From Bacilli bacterium (GTDB lineage Bacteria; Bacillota_I; Bacilli_A; RF39; UBA660): DNA of 64,000 bases. The notes beneath the pieces were generated by a model that was not told the origin of the DNA, did no database searches, and was given only the letters and a program-made list of their open reading frames with translations. The position numbers and the translations under genes were made by a program. Positions 10,735 through 21,200 of the stretch are shown here, piece after piece (position 1 is the first letter of the stretch; each line of letters opens with the position of its first letter). The stretch covers positions 8,280 through 72,279 of the forward strand of contig JAGAIS010000007.1 in NCBI GenBank assembly GCA_017626405.1. Reading direction: 5' to 3'.

Positions 10735-11133
10735 ATGGTAAATGATATAATTGCAGACATGCTTACAAGAATACGTAATGCAAATCAAATGAAATATGAT
10801 ACAGTTGAAGTATTAGGTTCTAAAATGACTACTGAAATTGCAAGAATTCTAAAAGAAGAAGGATATATTAATGATTATAAAGTTAATGAAGCTTCTAATG
10901 GAAATACTATAACAATTAATCTTAAATATACTGAAGGAAAAAAGACTAGAGTTATTACAGGTTTAAAAAGAATTTCTAAATCTGGTTTAAGAGTATATGC
11001 TAAAGCAGCTGAACTTCCAAGAGTTATTAATGGCTTAGGAATTGCTATTATCTCAACTTCTGAAGGAATTATGACTGATAGAGATGCTAGAAAAAAAGGT
11101 CTAGGAGGAGAAGTACTTGCTTACATTTGGTAG
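10735..11133 (+). CDS. rpsH: 30S ribosomal protein S8
   Basis: [16 protein letters not shown] start after AAGGAG. The ORF-track start at 10714 is upstream but lacks an RBS. Confidence 0.94.
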   Translation: MVNDIIADMLTRIRNANQMKYDTVEVLGSKMTTEIARILKEEGYINDYKVNEASNGNTITINLKYTEGKKTRVITGLKRISKSGLRVYAKAAELPRVINGLGIAIISTSEGIMTDRDARKKGLGGEVLAYIW

Positions 11134-11150
11134 CAGGGAAAATATTAGTT

Positions 11151-11690
11151 ATGAGTAGAATTGGAAATAGAGAACTTACAATACCTGCAGGTGTTACAGT
11201 AACAATAGTTGATAATACTATTACTGTAAAAGGACCTAAGGGAGAATTAAATTATACATTTGATAAATCTATTACTGTTGCAGTAAATGAAAATAAAATA
11301 AATGTTACAAGAGCAAATGAAACTAAAGCAGTTAAGTCCCTTCATGGTACAACTAATGCTTTAGTAGCAAATATGCTTAAAGGTGTTTCTGAAGGTTTCG
11401 TTAAGGAACTTGAAGCAGTTGGTGTTGGATATAGATTTAATGTTGCTGGTAATAAAGTAACTATTAGTGCTGGTTATTCACATCCAGTTGAAATGATAGC
11501 TCCTGCTGGAATTTCAATTGAAGCACCATCAGCTACTGAATTAAAAGTAAGTGGTATTGATAAACAAAAAGTATCTGAATTTGCGGCTAATGTTCGTAAA
11601 GTTCGTGAACCAGAACCTTACAAAGGTAAAGGTATACGTTACAAGAATGAACATGTAAGACGTAAAGAAGGAAAGAAAGCAGCTAAATAG
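11151..11690 (+). CDS. rplF: 50S ribosomal protein L6
   Basis: MSRIGNRELTIPAGV start. Confidence 0.94.
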   Translation: MSRIGNRELTIPAGVTVTIVDNTITVKGPKGELNYTFDKSITVAVNENKINVTRANETKAVKSLHGTTNALVANMLKGVSEGFVKELEAVGVGYRFNVAGNKVTISAGYSHPVEMIAPAGISIEAPSATELKVSGIDKQKVSEFAANVRKVREPEPYKGKGIRYKNEHVRRKEGKKAAK

Positions 11691-11705
11691 GTAGGAGGAT
11701 AAAAT

Positions 11706-12059
11706 ATGAAGAGTGTATCAAATAATGTCGCAAGACAAAGAAGACATACTAGAGTTCGTAATAAGATTTCTGGAACTCCTGAATGTCCAAGATTAAATGT
11801 TTTTAGATCTAATTCACAAATTTTCGCACAAATAATTGATGACGAAAAGGGTACTACCTTAGTTAGTTCTTCAAGTGTTGCTTTAAAAATCAAAAATGGT
11901 GGTAACATCGAAGGAGCTAAATTAGTAGGTGCTGACTTAGCTAAGAAAGCAGCTAAGGCTGGTATCAAAGCTGTTGTATTTGATAGAGGTGGATACCAAT
12001 ATCATGGACGTGTTGCTGCATTAGCAGAAGCTGCACGTGAAAATGGATTGGAGTTTTAG
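11706..12059 (+). CDS. rplR: 50S ribosomal protein L18
   Basis: [24 protein letters not shown] motif. Confidence 0.94.
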   Translation: MKSVSNNVARQRRHTRVRNKISGTPECPRLNVFRSNSQIFAQIIDDEKGTTLVSSSSVALKIKNGGNIEGAKLVGADLAKKAAKAGIKAVVFDRGGYQYHGRVAALAEAARENGLEF

Positions 12060-12068
12060 GAGGTTATT

Positions 12069-12578
12069 ATGGCAAGAACAGAAAAAGTTATGGATCCTAA
12101 GAAAAAACTTTTGGATGAAAAAGTTATTAACATCTCTAGAGTAACAAAAGTTACTAAAGGTGGACGTCATTTTAGATTCTCAGCTGCAATGGCTGTAGGT
12201 GACGGAAAAGGATTAGTAGGAATCGGAACAGGTAAATCTAATGAAGTACCTGAGGCAATTAAAAAAGGATTACAAGCTGCTAATAAGAACTTAGTTAAAG
12301 TTGCATTAGTAGATAATCGTACAATCCCACATGAAGCTATTGGTGTTTGTGGAAGAGCTAAAGTTTTAATTAAACCAGCTCCTAAAGGTACTGGTATTAT
12401 CGCTGGTGGTGCTGCTCGTGCAGTATTAGAACTAGCTGGAATTAAAGATATCGTTGCTAAGAGTTTAGGATCAAACACTAAAGTTAATGTTGCTAAAGCT
12501 ACTTTAGAAGCATTAAAATCAGTACGTACTGCAGAGACTATTGCAGAATTACGTGGTAAGAAAGTTGAGGAGTTATAA
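12069..12578 (+). CDS. rpsE: 30S ribosomal protein S5
   Basis: [16 protein letters not shown]...GIIAGG motifs. Confidence 0.95.
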   Translation: MARTEKVMDPKKKLLDEKVINISRVTKVTKGGRHFRFSAAMAVGDGKGLVGIGTGKSNEVPEAIKKGLQAANKNLVKVALVDNRTIPHEAIGVCGRAKVLIKPAPKGTGIIAGGAARAVLELAGIKDIVAKSLGSNTKVNVAKATLEALKSVRTAETIAELRGKKVEEL

Positions 12579-12579
12579 T

Positions 12580-13020
12580 ATGAAGTTAAATAATTTATGT
12601 AAGTCTCCAGAAACTAAATCAATTAAGAGAGTTGGACGTGGACCAGGATCTGGAATGGGTAAAACATCTACTCGCGGTGAAAATGGTCAAAAATCTCGTA
12701 GTGGTGCAAGTATTTCTCCATGGTTTGAAGGTGGACAATCACCATTATATAGAAGAGTTCCTAAGAGAGGATTTAACAATAAGAGATTTACTGTTAGATA
12801 TGCAACTATCAATTTATCTGATTTAAACAGATTCAATGATGGTGATACAGTTACTCCTGAATTGTTAAAAGAATTAGGAATCATCAAAAAACAATTAGCT
12901 GGTGTTAAAGTATTAGCTAATGGTAAATTAGAAAAGAAGGTTAATGTTAAGGCTAATAGATTCTCATCTAAAGCAGTAACTAAGATTGAAGAGATTGGCG
13001 GAACAGCAGAGGTGATTTAA
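12580..13020 (+). CDS. rplO: 50S ribosomal protein L15 (directly abuts rpsE; no rpmD/L30 gene between them)
   Basis: MKLNNL...RVGRGPGSGMGKTSTRGENGQKSRSG. ATG lies 1 nt after the rpsE stop, with GAGGAG upstream. Confidence 0.93.
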   Translation: MKLNNLCKSPETKSIKRVGRGPGSGMGKTSTRGENGQKSRSGASISPWFEGGQSPLYRRVPKRGFNNKRFTVRYATINLSDLNRFNDGDTVTPELLKELGIIKKQLAGVKVLANGKLEKKVNVKANRFSSKAVTKIEEIGGTAEVI

Positions 13021-13022
13021 AG

Positions 13023-14291
13023 ATGTTTTCAAGTCTTAAAGGGCTATTTAGTCCAAATAATAAAGATTTGCGAAAAAGAATATATTTCACCTTAGCAGTG
13101 TTAGCTATCTTTGCTTTAGGAACTAATATAATAGTTCCTGGAGCAAAAAGAATAACATCTAATTTAGGTTTCTTAGATTTATTAAACCTAATGAGTGGTG
13201 GAAGTTTAAAAACTTTTTCAATATTTGCATTAGGAGTAATGCCTTATATAACGGCAACAATCCTTACACAAATACTACAAATGGATATTATTCCATACTT
13301 TAAAGAATTAAAGGAACAAGGTGCTACCGGAAGACAAAAGATTAATAGAATTAATAGATATTTAGGCATTCTATTCGCTTTTATTCAAGGTTATATATAT
13401 TCAGTTGCATTTATGGGAGGATCTTCTGTTGAAGTCCTAAAGACAACTATTATATTAACTGGTGGTACAGCACTTCTATTATGGCTAGCAGATCAAGTTA
13501 CTAATAAAGGTTTAGGTAATGGTATATCATTATTCATTATGGCTGGTATAGTTAATACTTTACCATCGACTTTTATAACAGCATTTAAAGATTTGGTTCT
13601 AGCTGATACTTTCACAAGAGTTGTTGGTATTATCTTATTTATAGTATTTATAATTGCTTACTTACTAATATTAGTAGGTGTAGTATACATGCAAATATCA
13701 GAGCGTCGTATACCAATACAACATAGTACAAGAACAGATAGTTCTTATAAACAAGAACAATCTTATATACCTTTAAAAATTAACTCAGCAAGTGTTATGC
13801 CAGTAATATTTGCAAGTGCAATAACAAGTATACCTTCGTTTATTGCTGAATTTATTAAAAATGAAGCTTTTACGAACTTTGTTAACAATTATATAGTATA
13901 TACATCGTTAACTGGTTATTTATTATATGTATTCTTGATTTTTGCATTTGGTTATATCTGGACACTTATGGAATTAAATCCAAAAGAGATGAGTGAAAAT
14001 TTAGATAAGAATAGAAGTTATATTCCAGGAATAACTCCAGGAGAAAAAACTATTAGTTATTTGAAGGGAACACTTACAAGAATTACAGTTGTAGGTAGTA
14101 TATTCCTAGTAGTATTAGCATCTATTCCATTACTAATAAGTAAAATATCTAGTTTATCTAGTGCAGTTACATTAGGTGGTACTGGATTATTAATAGTAGT
14201 TGGTGTTGCTCTTGAAACTTATAAACAACTTGAAAGTAGTGTAGTATCTAGAAGCTACCAAGGAAGTAGAAAGAGAAGACATAGAAGATGA
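13023..14291 (+). CDS. secY: preprotein translocase subunit SecY
   Basis: 10-TM protein. Motifs LFALGVMPYITATI and GISLFIMAGI. Confidence 0.95.
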   Translation: MFSSLKGLFSPNNKDLRKRIYFTLAVLAIFALGTNIIVPGAKRITSNLGFLDLLNLMSGGSLKTFSIFALGVMPYITATILTQILQMDIIPYFKELKEQGATGRQKINRINRYLGILFAFIQGYIYSVAFMGGSSVEVLKTTIILTGGTALLLWLADQVTNKGLGNGISLFIMAGIVNTLPSTFITAFKDLVLADTFTRVVGIILFIVFIIAYLLILVGVVYMQISERRIPIQHSTRTDSSYKQEQSYIPLKINSASVMPVIFASAITSIPSFIAEFIKNEAFTNFVNNYIVYTSLTGYLLYVFLIFAFGYIWTLMELNPKEMSENLDKNRSYIPGITPGEKTISYLKGTLTRITVVGSIFLVVLASIPLLISKISSLSSAVTLGGTGLLIVVGVALETYKQLESSVVSRSYQGSRKRRHRR

Positions 14292-14938
14292 AGAACATAA
14301 TATTCATCGCCCCTCCGGCTGCCGGAAAGGGAACTCAAAGTGAATTACTTGTTAAGAAATATGGGTTAGCTCATATTTCGACAGGTGATCTACTTAGAAG
14401 TGAAGTAAAAGAACAAACTGATCTAGGACGTAGCATTGAAACTCTAATGAGTACTGGTGCTCTAATTAGTACAGATATTGTTACTGTACTTCTTAAGAAA
14501 AGATTAAATAAAGATGATATAGAAAAAGGATTTATCTTAGATGGTTATCCAAGAACTTTAGAACAAGCAGAGATATTATCAAATCTATTGATGGAATTGA
14601 ATTATAGAATTAACAATGTAATTTATCTTGATATGGATGTTTCTGTTGCTACTCATCGCGCTTTGGGAAGAATGACTTGCCCAAGTTGTGGAAGAGGATA
14701 CAATAAGTATGAAAGTGCAACAAAGCCAAAAGTTGATAATATTTGTGATGATTGTGGAGTAGAGTTGGTTGGAAGAAGCGATGATAATGAAGAATCATTT
14801 AAAGTTCGCTTTAATACATATGAGAATGAAGTTAAACCTATCTTGAATTATTACAAGGAAAAAGGTATACTTAATATCATAGATAACAGTGGAACTCCTG
14901 AAGAGACATTTGCAAGAATTGAAAGTGTGATAGAATGA
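14288..14938 (+). CDS. adk: adenylate kinase (zinc-binding lid CPSCGRGYN...CDDCG)
   Basis: P-loop IAPPAAGKGTQ. Cys4 lid. Confidence 0.95.
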   Translation: MKNIIFIAPPAAGKGTQSELLVKKYGLAHISTGDLLRSEVKEQTDLGRSIETLMSTGALISTDIVTVLLKKRLNKDDIEKGFILDGYPRTLEQAEILSNLLMELNYRINNVIYLDMDVSVATHRALGRMTCPSCGRGYNKYESATKPKVDNICDDCGVELVGRSDDNEESFKVRFNTYENEVKPILNYYKEKGILNIIDNSGTPEETFARIESVIE

Positions 14939-15684
14939 TAAATATTTACAGTGAAGATGAAATAGCTAAGATTAAGGCATCAGGCCACATTACTTATTTA
15001 ACACATCAACACATGAAAAGTTTTATCAAACCGGGAGTTTCTACTAAATTCCTTGATGAAGAAGCCGGAAGATTTATTAGAGAATTGGGAGGAATTCCAG
15101 CTTGTAAAGGATTTGAAGGCTATCCTGGAAATATATGTGTATCTGTCAATGATGAAGTAGTTCATGGAATTGGAAGTGAAAATCGCATATTAAAAGAAGG
15201 GGACATAGTTACACTAGATATTGTAACATTGTATCAAGGATATCATTCTGATTCAGCAGTAACACATGCTGTAGGTAAGATTAATAAAGAAAAAGAACAT
15301 TTATTAACTCATACAGAAAAAAGTTTATATGTTGGATTAAAAGAAATAAAAGATGGTGCTAAACTAGGTAGTGTCGGAGCAAGAATTCAACAATATGCTG
15401 AACATCATGGTTTAGGAGTTATTAGAGAACTTGTTGGACATGGAGTTGGGCACGAGATGCACGAAAGTCCGGATGTTCCAAACTACGGAAAATACAATAC
15501 GGGCGTAACTTTGAAAGCAGGCATGGTAATAGCTGTAGAACCAATGTTAACTGCTGGAAAAAGGTATGTAGCTATGCTAGATGATGATTGGACGATAGTT
15601 ACAGAGGATGGGCGACCTTCTGCTCACTTCGAACATACTGTCGCAGTTACAGAAGATGGCTATGAAATACTTACAGGAGAGTGA
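14935..15684 (+). CDS. map: methionine aminopeptidase type I
   Basis: Metal-binding D/H/E motifs ([11 protein letters not shown]). Confidence 0.94.
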   Translation: MINIYSEDEIAKIKASGHITYLTHQHMKSFIKPGVSTKFLDEEAGRFIRELGGIPACKGFEGYPGNICVSVNDEVVHGIGSENRILKEGDIVTLDIVTLYQGYHSDSAVTHAVGKINKEKEHLLTHTEKSLYVGLKEIKDGAKLGSVGARIQQYAEHHGLGVIRELVGHGVGHEMHESPDVPNYGKYNTGVTLKAGMVIAVEPMLTAGKRYVAMLDDDWTIVTEDGRPSAHFEHTVAVTEDGYEILTGE

Positions 15685-15692
15685 GAATTTTA

Positions 15693-15944
15693 ATGAAAGT
15701 GCAAAATAAAAAAAAGAATCAAAGAGAGCAAAAACAAAAAGAACAAAAAATTGAAGTAGAAGGAAAAGTTATCGATGTAACACATGAAATATATCGTGTA
15801 CAACTTGATAACGGAATAACTATAACTGCCCATGTTTCTGGTAAAATACGTATGAATGTGATTCGTATCTTAGCAGGTGATAGGGTTATAGTAGAATTGT
15901 CACCAACTGATTTAACACATGGGATAATAAAATATAGAAAATAA
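15693..15944 (+). CDS. infA: translation initiation factor IF-1 with a Lys/Gln-rich N-terminal extension
   Basis: [11 protein letters not shown]...[40 protein letters not shown]. An alternative GTG start at 15681 overlaps the map stop. Confidence 0.9.
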   Translation: MKVQNKKKNQREQKQKEQKIEVEGKVIDVTHEIYRVQLDNGITITAHVSGKIRMNVIRILAGDRVIVELSPTDLTHGIIKYRK

Positions 15945-15955
15945 GGAGGGTACTC

Positions 15956-16069
15956 ATGAAAGTAAGAGCATCTGTAAAGAAAATTTGTCCAAAATGTAGA
16001 ATAATAAGAAGAAAAGGCAAAAATATGGTTATTTGTGAAAATCCAAAACACAAACAAGTACAAGGTTAG
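15956..16069 (+). CDS. rpmJ: 50S ribosomal protein L36 (37 aa; below the ORF-track size cutoff)
   Basis: [37 protein letters not shown] after AGGAGGG. Confidence 0.9.
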   Translation: MKVRASVKKICPKCRIIRRKGKNMVICENPKHKQVQG

Positions 16070-16080
16070 GAGGGTATTTT

Positions 16081-16455
16081 ATGGCACGTATTAAGAATAT
16101 TGAATTACCAAAAGAAAAAGCTATTTATATTGGATTAACTGCTATATATGGTATTGGTCAAAGTTCTGCAAAGAAAATTTGTAAGGCTTGTGATATTGAT
16201 CCTGAAATTAAAGTTAAAGATATCACTGTTGATCAAGAAAATGCTATCAGAACAGAGATTGATAACTATTTAGTAGAAGGAGAACTTCGTAGAGAAGTTC
16301 AAATGAATATTAAAAACAAAATGGAAATTGGTTCATACCAAGGAAGTAGACACAAAAAAGGTTTACCAGTACATGGTCAAAGAACTAATAGAAATGCACG
16401 TACTCGTAAGGGTAGAGGAAAAGTAGTTGCTAACAAAAAGAAAGCTACTAAGTAA
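16081..16455 (+). CDS. rpsM: 30S ribosomal protein S13
   Basis: MARIKNIELPKEKAIYIGLTAIYGIG start. Confidence 0.95.
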   Translation: MARIKNIELPKEKAIYIGLTAIYGIGQSSAKKICKACDIDPEIKVKDITVDQENAIRTEIDNYLVEGELRREVQMNIKNKMEIGSYQGSRHKKGLPVHGQRTNRNARTRKGRGKVVANKKKATK

Positions 16456-16474
16456 TTAAAGGAGGTTATTAAGA

Positions 16475-16858
16475 ATGGCTTATAATAGAAGAAAAAGAAA
16501 AGTTAAAAAGAATATTCCTGAAGCTGTAGCTCATATTACATCATCTTATAATAATACACTTGTTACAATTGCTGATAAAGATGGAAATACAATTAGTTGG
16601 GCATCAAGCGGAACTATCGGATATAAGGGTTCAAAGAAGAAAACTCCATATGCTGCTGGTGTAGCTGCAGAGAGTGCAGGAAAAGCTGCTATGGATGCAG
16701 GAGTTGTTAAAGTATCTGTTATCGTTAAAGGTTTAGGTGGAGGTAGAGAAACTGCTATTCGTTCACTTCAAACTGTTGGATTAGAGATAACATCTATTAC
16801 TGATGAAACGCCAATTCCACATAATGGTTGTAGACCACCAAAACGTCCAAGAAACTAA
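16475..16858 (+). CDS. rpsK: 30S ribosomal protein S11
   Basis: [15 protein letters not shown]...[11 protein letters not shown] motifs. Confidence 0.95.
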   Translation: MAYNRRKRKVKKNIPEAVAHITSSYNNTLVTIADKDGNTISWASSGTIGYKGSKKKTPYAAGVAAESAGKAAMDAGVVKVSVIVKGLGGGRETAIRSLQTVGLEITSITDETPIPHNGCRPPKRPRN

Positions 16859-16890
16859 TAGATAAGTAATTAAGGAAAGAGGATTGAAAT

Positions 16891-17829
16891 ATGAATTTTG
16901 AAAAACCAGAATATAAAATTACTGAATATGTTGAAAGTAAAAACTATGGTAAATTTGAACTAGAACCTTTAGAAAGAGGTTTTGGTACAACTATTGGTAA
17001 TGCATTAAGAAGAGTAATGTTATCTAGTATGCCAGGTTCAGCAGTTACTAGTGTTAAAATTGATGGAGTTATGCATGAATTCCAAAAAATTGATGGCGTA
17101 AGAGAAGATGTTATGAATATCATCTTAAATCTTAAATCATTAGTTGTTAAGAATTATTCTACTGATAAAAAGGTAATGCATTTAACAGTATCTAAAGAAG
17201 GTCCAGTATTAGCTGGAGATATCGATCATGATGCTGATATTGAAATAGTAAATCCTGATTTAGTTATTTGTAATTTAGTTAAGGACGGAAAAATCAGTAT
17301 TGAAATGACTGTTGATAATGGTCGTGGATATGTTGATGCAAAAGAAAATAAGAAAAAAGTTGGAGAATCTGCAGGAGTAATTCCTATAGATTCACTATAC
17401 TCTCCAGTTGAAAAGGTTTCTTTTGAAGTAGAGAATGCTCGTGTAGGACATAATGAAAACTATGATAAGTTAATCATGAATGTATACACTAACGGTTCAA
17501 TTACTCCAGAAGAATGTATGGCTTTAGCTAGTAGAATTTTAATCGAACATTTAAATATTGTTGCTGATTTAAATCAAATAGCTGACATAACTGGAATAAT
17601 GGCTGAAAAGAAAGTTGATACAATTACTAAGACTTTAGAAACTCCTATTGAAGAAATCGAATTCTCAGTAAGAGCATATAATTGTTTAAAACGTGCTGGA
17701 ATTCATACAATGCAAGATTTAATTGATAAGAGAGAAGTTGAAGTTACTAAGATTAGAAACTTAGGTAAGAAATCACTTAAAGAAGTTATTGATAAAGTTA
17801 ATGAAATGGGATTAAAATTCCGCGATTAA
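16891..17829 (+). CDS. rpoA: DNA-directed RNA polymerase subunit alpha
   Basis: N-terminal assembly domain and C-terminal alphaCTD (RAYNCLKRAGI). Confidence 0.95.
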   Translation: MNFEKPEYKITEYVESKNYGKFELEPLERGFGTTIGNALRRVMLSSMPGSAVTSVKIDGVMHEFQKIDGVREDVMNIILNLKSLVVKNYSTDKKVMHLTVSKEGPVLAGDIDHDADIEIVNPDLVICNLVKDGKISIEMTVDNGRGYVDAKENKKKVGESAGVIPIDSLYSPVEKVSFEVENARVGHNENYDKLIMNVYTNGSITPEECMALASRILIEHLNIVADLNQIADITGIMAEKKVDTITKTLETPIEEIEFSVRAYNCLKRAGIHTMQDLIDKREVEVTKIRNLGKKSLKEVIDKVNEMGLKFRD

Positions 17830-17854
17830 AAAATAAAACAAGGAGGTAACACTA

Positions 17855-18196
17855 ATGTATAGAAAATTAGGAAGAGAATCTAGAATTAGAAGAAGTATAT
17901 TAGCTGGTATTACTAAAGATGTTATTATGAATGAAGGTGTTGTTACTACTGAAGCTAGAGCTAAAGAAGTAAGAAAGTTCGTTGATAAGATGATTACTTA
18001 TGGTAAAGATGGATCTTTAGTTGCAAGAAGAAAAGCCTTAGCTTTCTTACACAATGATAAACGTGTTGTTGATAAAGTATTTAATGAATTAGCTCCACGT
18101 TATAAAGAGAGAAATGGCGGATATACAAGAATCATTAAATTAAAAGAAAGAGTTGGAGACGATGCTCTAACTGTAAGACTTGAATTAGTTGACTAA
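17855..18196 (+). CDS. rplQ: 50S ribosomal protein L17
   Basis: MYRKLGRESRIRRSIL...GGYTRIIKL. Confidence 0.94.
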   Translation: MYRKLGRESRIRRSILAGITKDVIMNEGVVTTEARAKEVRKFVDKMITYGKDGSLVARRKALAFLHNDKRVVDKVFNELAPRYKERNGGYTRIIKLKERVGDDALTVRLELVD

Positions 18197-18212
18197 TCAA
18201 GTCTTTTTTCTT
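18178..18212 (+). terminator. rho-independent terminator ending the ribosomal supercluster
   Basis: GACTTGA..TCAAGTC hairpin overlapping the rplQ stop, followed by TTTTTTC. Confidence 0.6.
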
Positions 18213-18249
18213 GTATAAAAAATGTTTTAATTTTATAATTAATTAGAGA

Positions 18250-18522
18250 GTGATGTTCATGAAATTTAAAAAAATATATGCCGGAATCTATATTTTAATA
18301 GTAAACATCTTATATATATTAATGACTATGACTAATGATGAAGAATTATTAATAAAATTAGTAACTACTATCATATCGGGATTTATAGCTATTATATTAA
18401 ATGGTAAAATGATAAAAATTACAAAAGAAAAAAAGATAAATATAATATGCTTTATCTTAAATATAATAATACTAAATGCTTTGTTAATATATTGTATATT
18501 ACTTTTACCTAAAAAAAGTTAG
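18250..18522 (+). CDS. small hydrophobic membrane protein (hypothetical)
   Basis: 90-aa ORF with two TM helices. No recognisable family. Weak. Confidence 0.3.
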   Translation: MMFMKFKKIYAGIYILIVNILYILMTMTNDEELLIKLVTTIISGFIAIILNGKMIKITKEKKINIICFILNIIILNALLIYCILLLPKKS

Positions 18523-18843
18523 AGAGTTATTATGCTTTTGTGGAATTTCTCTTTTCATAACATTTTGATTATTATTAATTGAAAAACTGTTAAGCTTAGG
18601 TAAGTTAGTATTTGATATTTTACTCCTTATTGACCTAATAGTTGGTGTAATATCGCGAACTAGAGGAATTGCACGATTCGCGATATTTAATATTCTCAAA
18701 CTACTAGAAAGAAAACTTGAAAAGTTAGAAAACATATAATCACCTAATAAATTATATGTTTAATTAATAAAAATGTTTAACATTGTTTTTTTTTATGTTA
18801 TAATTGAATCATAGTGAGATACTAGAAAGTAGGTGTCTGAAAA

Positions 18844-20415
18844 ATGGGGTTAGCAAATGATAAACATGTACATAAGCAAGATAATTTCTTCTTATTCTTT
18901 CCTATGTATGTTTGTTTGGGAGTATATTATATTTTAAGAACTTTAGTTTCTCCAATATTATTGTTATGGAACTCTTTATCAGATTCATTATATAGTGGAA
19001 TAACAAGGAAAAATAATGCCGATGATGGCAGAATTTTCATGACTGAACAAGAGAGATTAGATTATATTAAAGCTCATGAAGCAAAGAACCCAGATGAAGC
19101 AAAGAAAGAAATACATGTAAGTCCTAAATTAATAGAAGAGAGAGAAAACTTAATTAATGCTATTGATTCGGGAGCTGAAATTAGAAGTGATAGACCTGTA
19201 ACTTATCGATATACAGCATTATCTCCGGAGGGAAAACAAGTTACTAATACTTTTTATGCTTTTTCTAAAGTCGAAGTTTATACATTCTTAGAGAATGAGG
19301 GATATAAAGTATTTAAAATAGAAACATCTCCAACGATTGAAAGATTATATGGACCAAGTAAGTTTAATACAGGAAGAATTAGTACAAAGAATATTGTATT
19401 TTGGCTTCAACAATTATCTACATATTTGAAGAGTGGTATTCCTCTAACGGATGCTATGAGAATATTAAGTAAGCAAATGGGTAGAAATAAGAATATTAAG
19501 AGAGTATTTGATTCTGTTGTATATAACTTGACTTTAGGTGAGAGTTTCTCAAGCGCTTTAGAAAAACAGGGAGAGGCATTCCCAGCATTACTAATCAATA
19601 TGGTAAAGTCTGCTGAAGCAACAGGTGATCTTGAGGGAACTCTTGATGAAATGGCTGACTACTATAAGTCAACAGAGACGACGAGAAAAGAAATGATAAG
19701 TGCACTTACTTATCCTTGTCTAGTAATGATATTCTCTATATGTGTTATTATATTTATTCTAGTATATTTAATACCTCAATTTGTTGGAATATATGAGACT
19801 GCAGGAGTTACATTAAATCCACTTACAGCATTTATTATAGTTGCGAGTGATTATCTAAAGGCAAACTTATTCTATATCATATTAGTAGTTGCAATGATTG
19901 TAGTAGTACTATATGTTTTATATACGAATATTAAAGCATTCAGATATTTTGTTCAGACTGTATTTATGAAAATTCCTGTATTTGGAAAAATAATTATCTA
20001 CAAAGAAATGATGATATTTACAAAGACATTCTCAAGTCTATTAAAGAATAATGTATTTATTACCGAATCAATGGATATATTGAGAAAGGTTACAAACAAT
20101 GAGATATACCGTGAAATTATGATAAATACGATAAATGCTATTGGACGAGGAGAAAAAATATCGACATCATTCTATGGTCATTGGGCAATTCCTGAAGTAG
20201 CTTACTATATGATGGTTACTGGTGAATCTACCGGTGAACTTGCTGAAATGATGGGAAAAGTAGCTGATTATTATCAAGAACAGCATAAGATGATTGTAGA
20301 TTCAATGAAGACATTAATTGAACCTGCATTGATTATCTTCTTAGCTGCTGTAGTTGGAGGAATTATTATAGCTGTAATTGTTCCTATGTTCGGTCTATAT
20401 CAAAACTTATTGTAA
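18844..20415 (+). CDS. pilC: type II secretion/type IV pilus platform protein (GspF/PilC/ComGB family); start uncertain (alternative ATG 19039)
   Basis: Two T2SF-type repeats with 3 TM helices. Residues like LTLGESFSSALEK and MMVTGESTGELAEMMGKVADYY are typical GspF motifs. AGGTG RBS before 18844. Confidence 0.75.
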   Translation: MGLANDKHVHKQDNFFLFFPMYVCLGVYYILRTLVSPILLLWNSLSDSLYSGITRKNNADDGRIFMTEQERLDYIKAHEAKNPDEAKKEIHVSPKLIEERENLINAIDSGAEIRSDRPVTYRYTALSPEGKQVTNTFYAFSKVEVYTFLENEGYKVFKIETSPTIERLYGPSKFNTGRISTKNIVFWLQQLSTYLKSGIPLTDAMRILSKQMGRNKNIKRVFDSVVYNLTLGESFSSALEKQGEAFPALLINMVKSAEATGDLEGTLDEMADYYKSTETTRKEMISALTYPCLVMIFSICVIIFILVYLIPQFVGIYETAGVTLNPLTAFIIVASDYLKANLFYIILVVAMIVVVLYVLYTNIKAFRYFVQTVFMKIPVFGKIIIYKEMMIFTKTFSSLLKNNVFITESMDILRKVTNNEIYREIMINTINAIGRGEKISTSFYGHWAIPEVAYYMMVTGESTGELAEMMGKVADYYQEQHKMIVDSMKTLIEPALIIFLAAVVGGIIIAVIVPMFGLYQNLL

Positions 20416-20433
20416 TTTTACAAGGAGGGTATT

Positions 20434-21198
20434 ATGGATGTGATTATGGTTTATCTGTTTATAGCAGGATTATTCTTCGGTTCATTTTTCAATTGTATTG
20501 CAAATCGATTAAGCAAAAATGAATCAATAATTCGACCAGGATCACATTGTGAAAATTGTAAACATGAATTAGCCTGGTATGAATTAATACCAGTTTTTTC
20601 ATATCTTTTTTTAAAAGGAAAATGTAAAAAGTGCCATACTAAACTAAGTGTATGGTATCCCATTACTGAAATAATCACGGGTTTTCTATTTGCACTTTCA
20701 TATTTAAAATTTGGCTTTACTATTGAAACTATCATATCTATTACTATTGTTTCTATTCTAATAATCACATTTATTAGTGATATAACATACTATATTATTT
20801 TAGATGAAGTAATATTTATCGGTTTAATAATAATGGCGATACTAATGTATTTTAATGCTGGCATAGAGGGCGTAATAAAGTCTTTTATTGGATGTTTTTT
20901 TATTGGTGGTGTAATGATGCTTATCAAGTTAATAGGGGATAAGGCATTTAAGACAGAATCACTTGGATGGGGAGATATAAAACTAAGTTTAATAGCTGGA
21001 TTTATTTTAGGAATTCGTTTAGGAACTCTCTATATATTTTTAGGTTCCCTAATAGCATTACCATTCGGGATTGCATCATCATTTAAAAATAAATCGAGAA
21101 TAATACCTTTTGGACCTTTTCTATCAGTAAGTCTATTAGTTATATATTGGTTTAGTCCATTTTTCTATTCAATTTTAAATATTTTGTTAGGAGTATAA
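20434..21198 (+). CDS. pilD: prepilin peptidase (A24 family, PilD/ComC-like)
   Basis: N-terminal CxxC...CxxC zinc motif (CENCKHE...CKKCHT) and a polytopic membrane domain. Confidence 0.8.
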   Translation: MDVIMVYLFIAGLFFGSFFNCIANRLSKNESIIRPGSHCENCKHELAWYELIPVFSYLFLKGKCKKCHTKLSVWYPITEIITGFLFALSYLKFGFTIETIISITIVSILIITFISDITYYIILDEVIFIGLIIMAILMYFNAGIEGVIKSFIGCFFIGGVMMLIKLIGDKAFKTESLGWGDIKLSLIAGFILGIRLGTLYIFLGSLIALPFGIASSFKNKSRIIPFGPFLSVSLLVIYWFSPFFYSILNILLGV

Positions 21199-21200
21199 AT

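Noticed and set aside
12576-12582. Looked for a hidden rpmD (L30) ORF between rpsE and rplO
   Set aside because: Only one nucleotide separates the two genes. No short ORF with L30 features elsewhere in the cluster.
18505-18735. 76-aa minus-strand ORF between rplQ and pilC
   Set aside because: No RBS or motif. The region is more likely the promoter/leader of the pilC operon.
20451-20768. Minus-strand ORFs 20451-20768 and 19407-19598 inside pilD/pilC
   Set aside because: Antisense to genes with clear family motifs.
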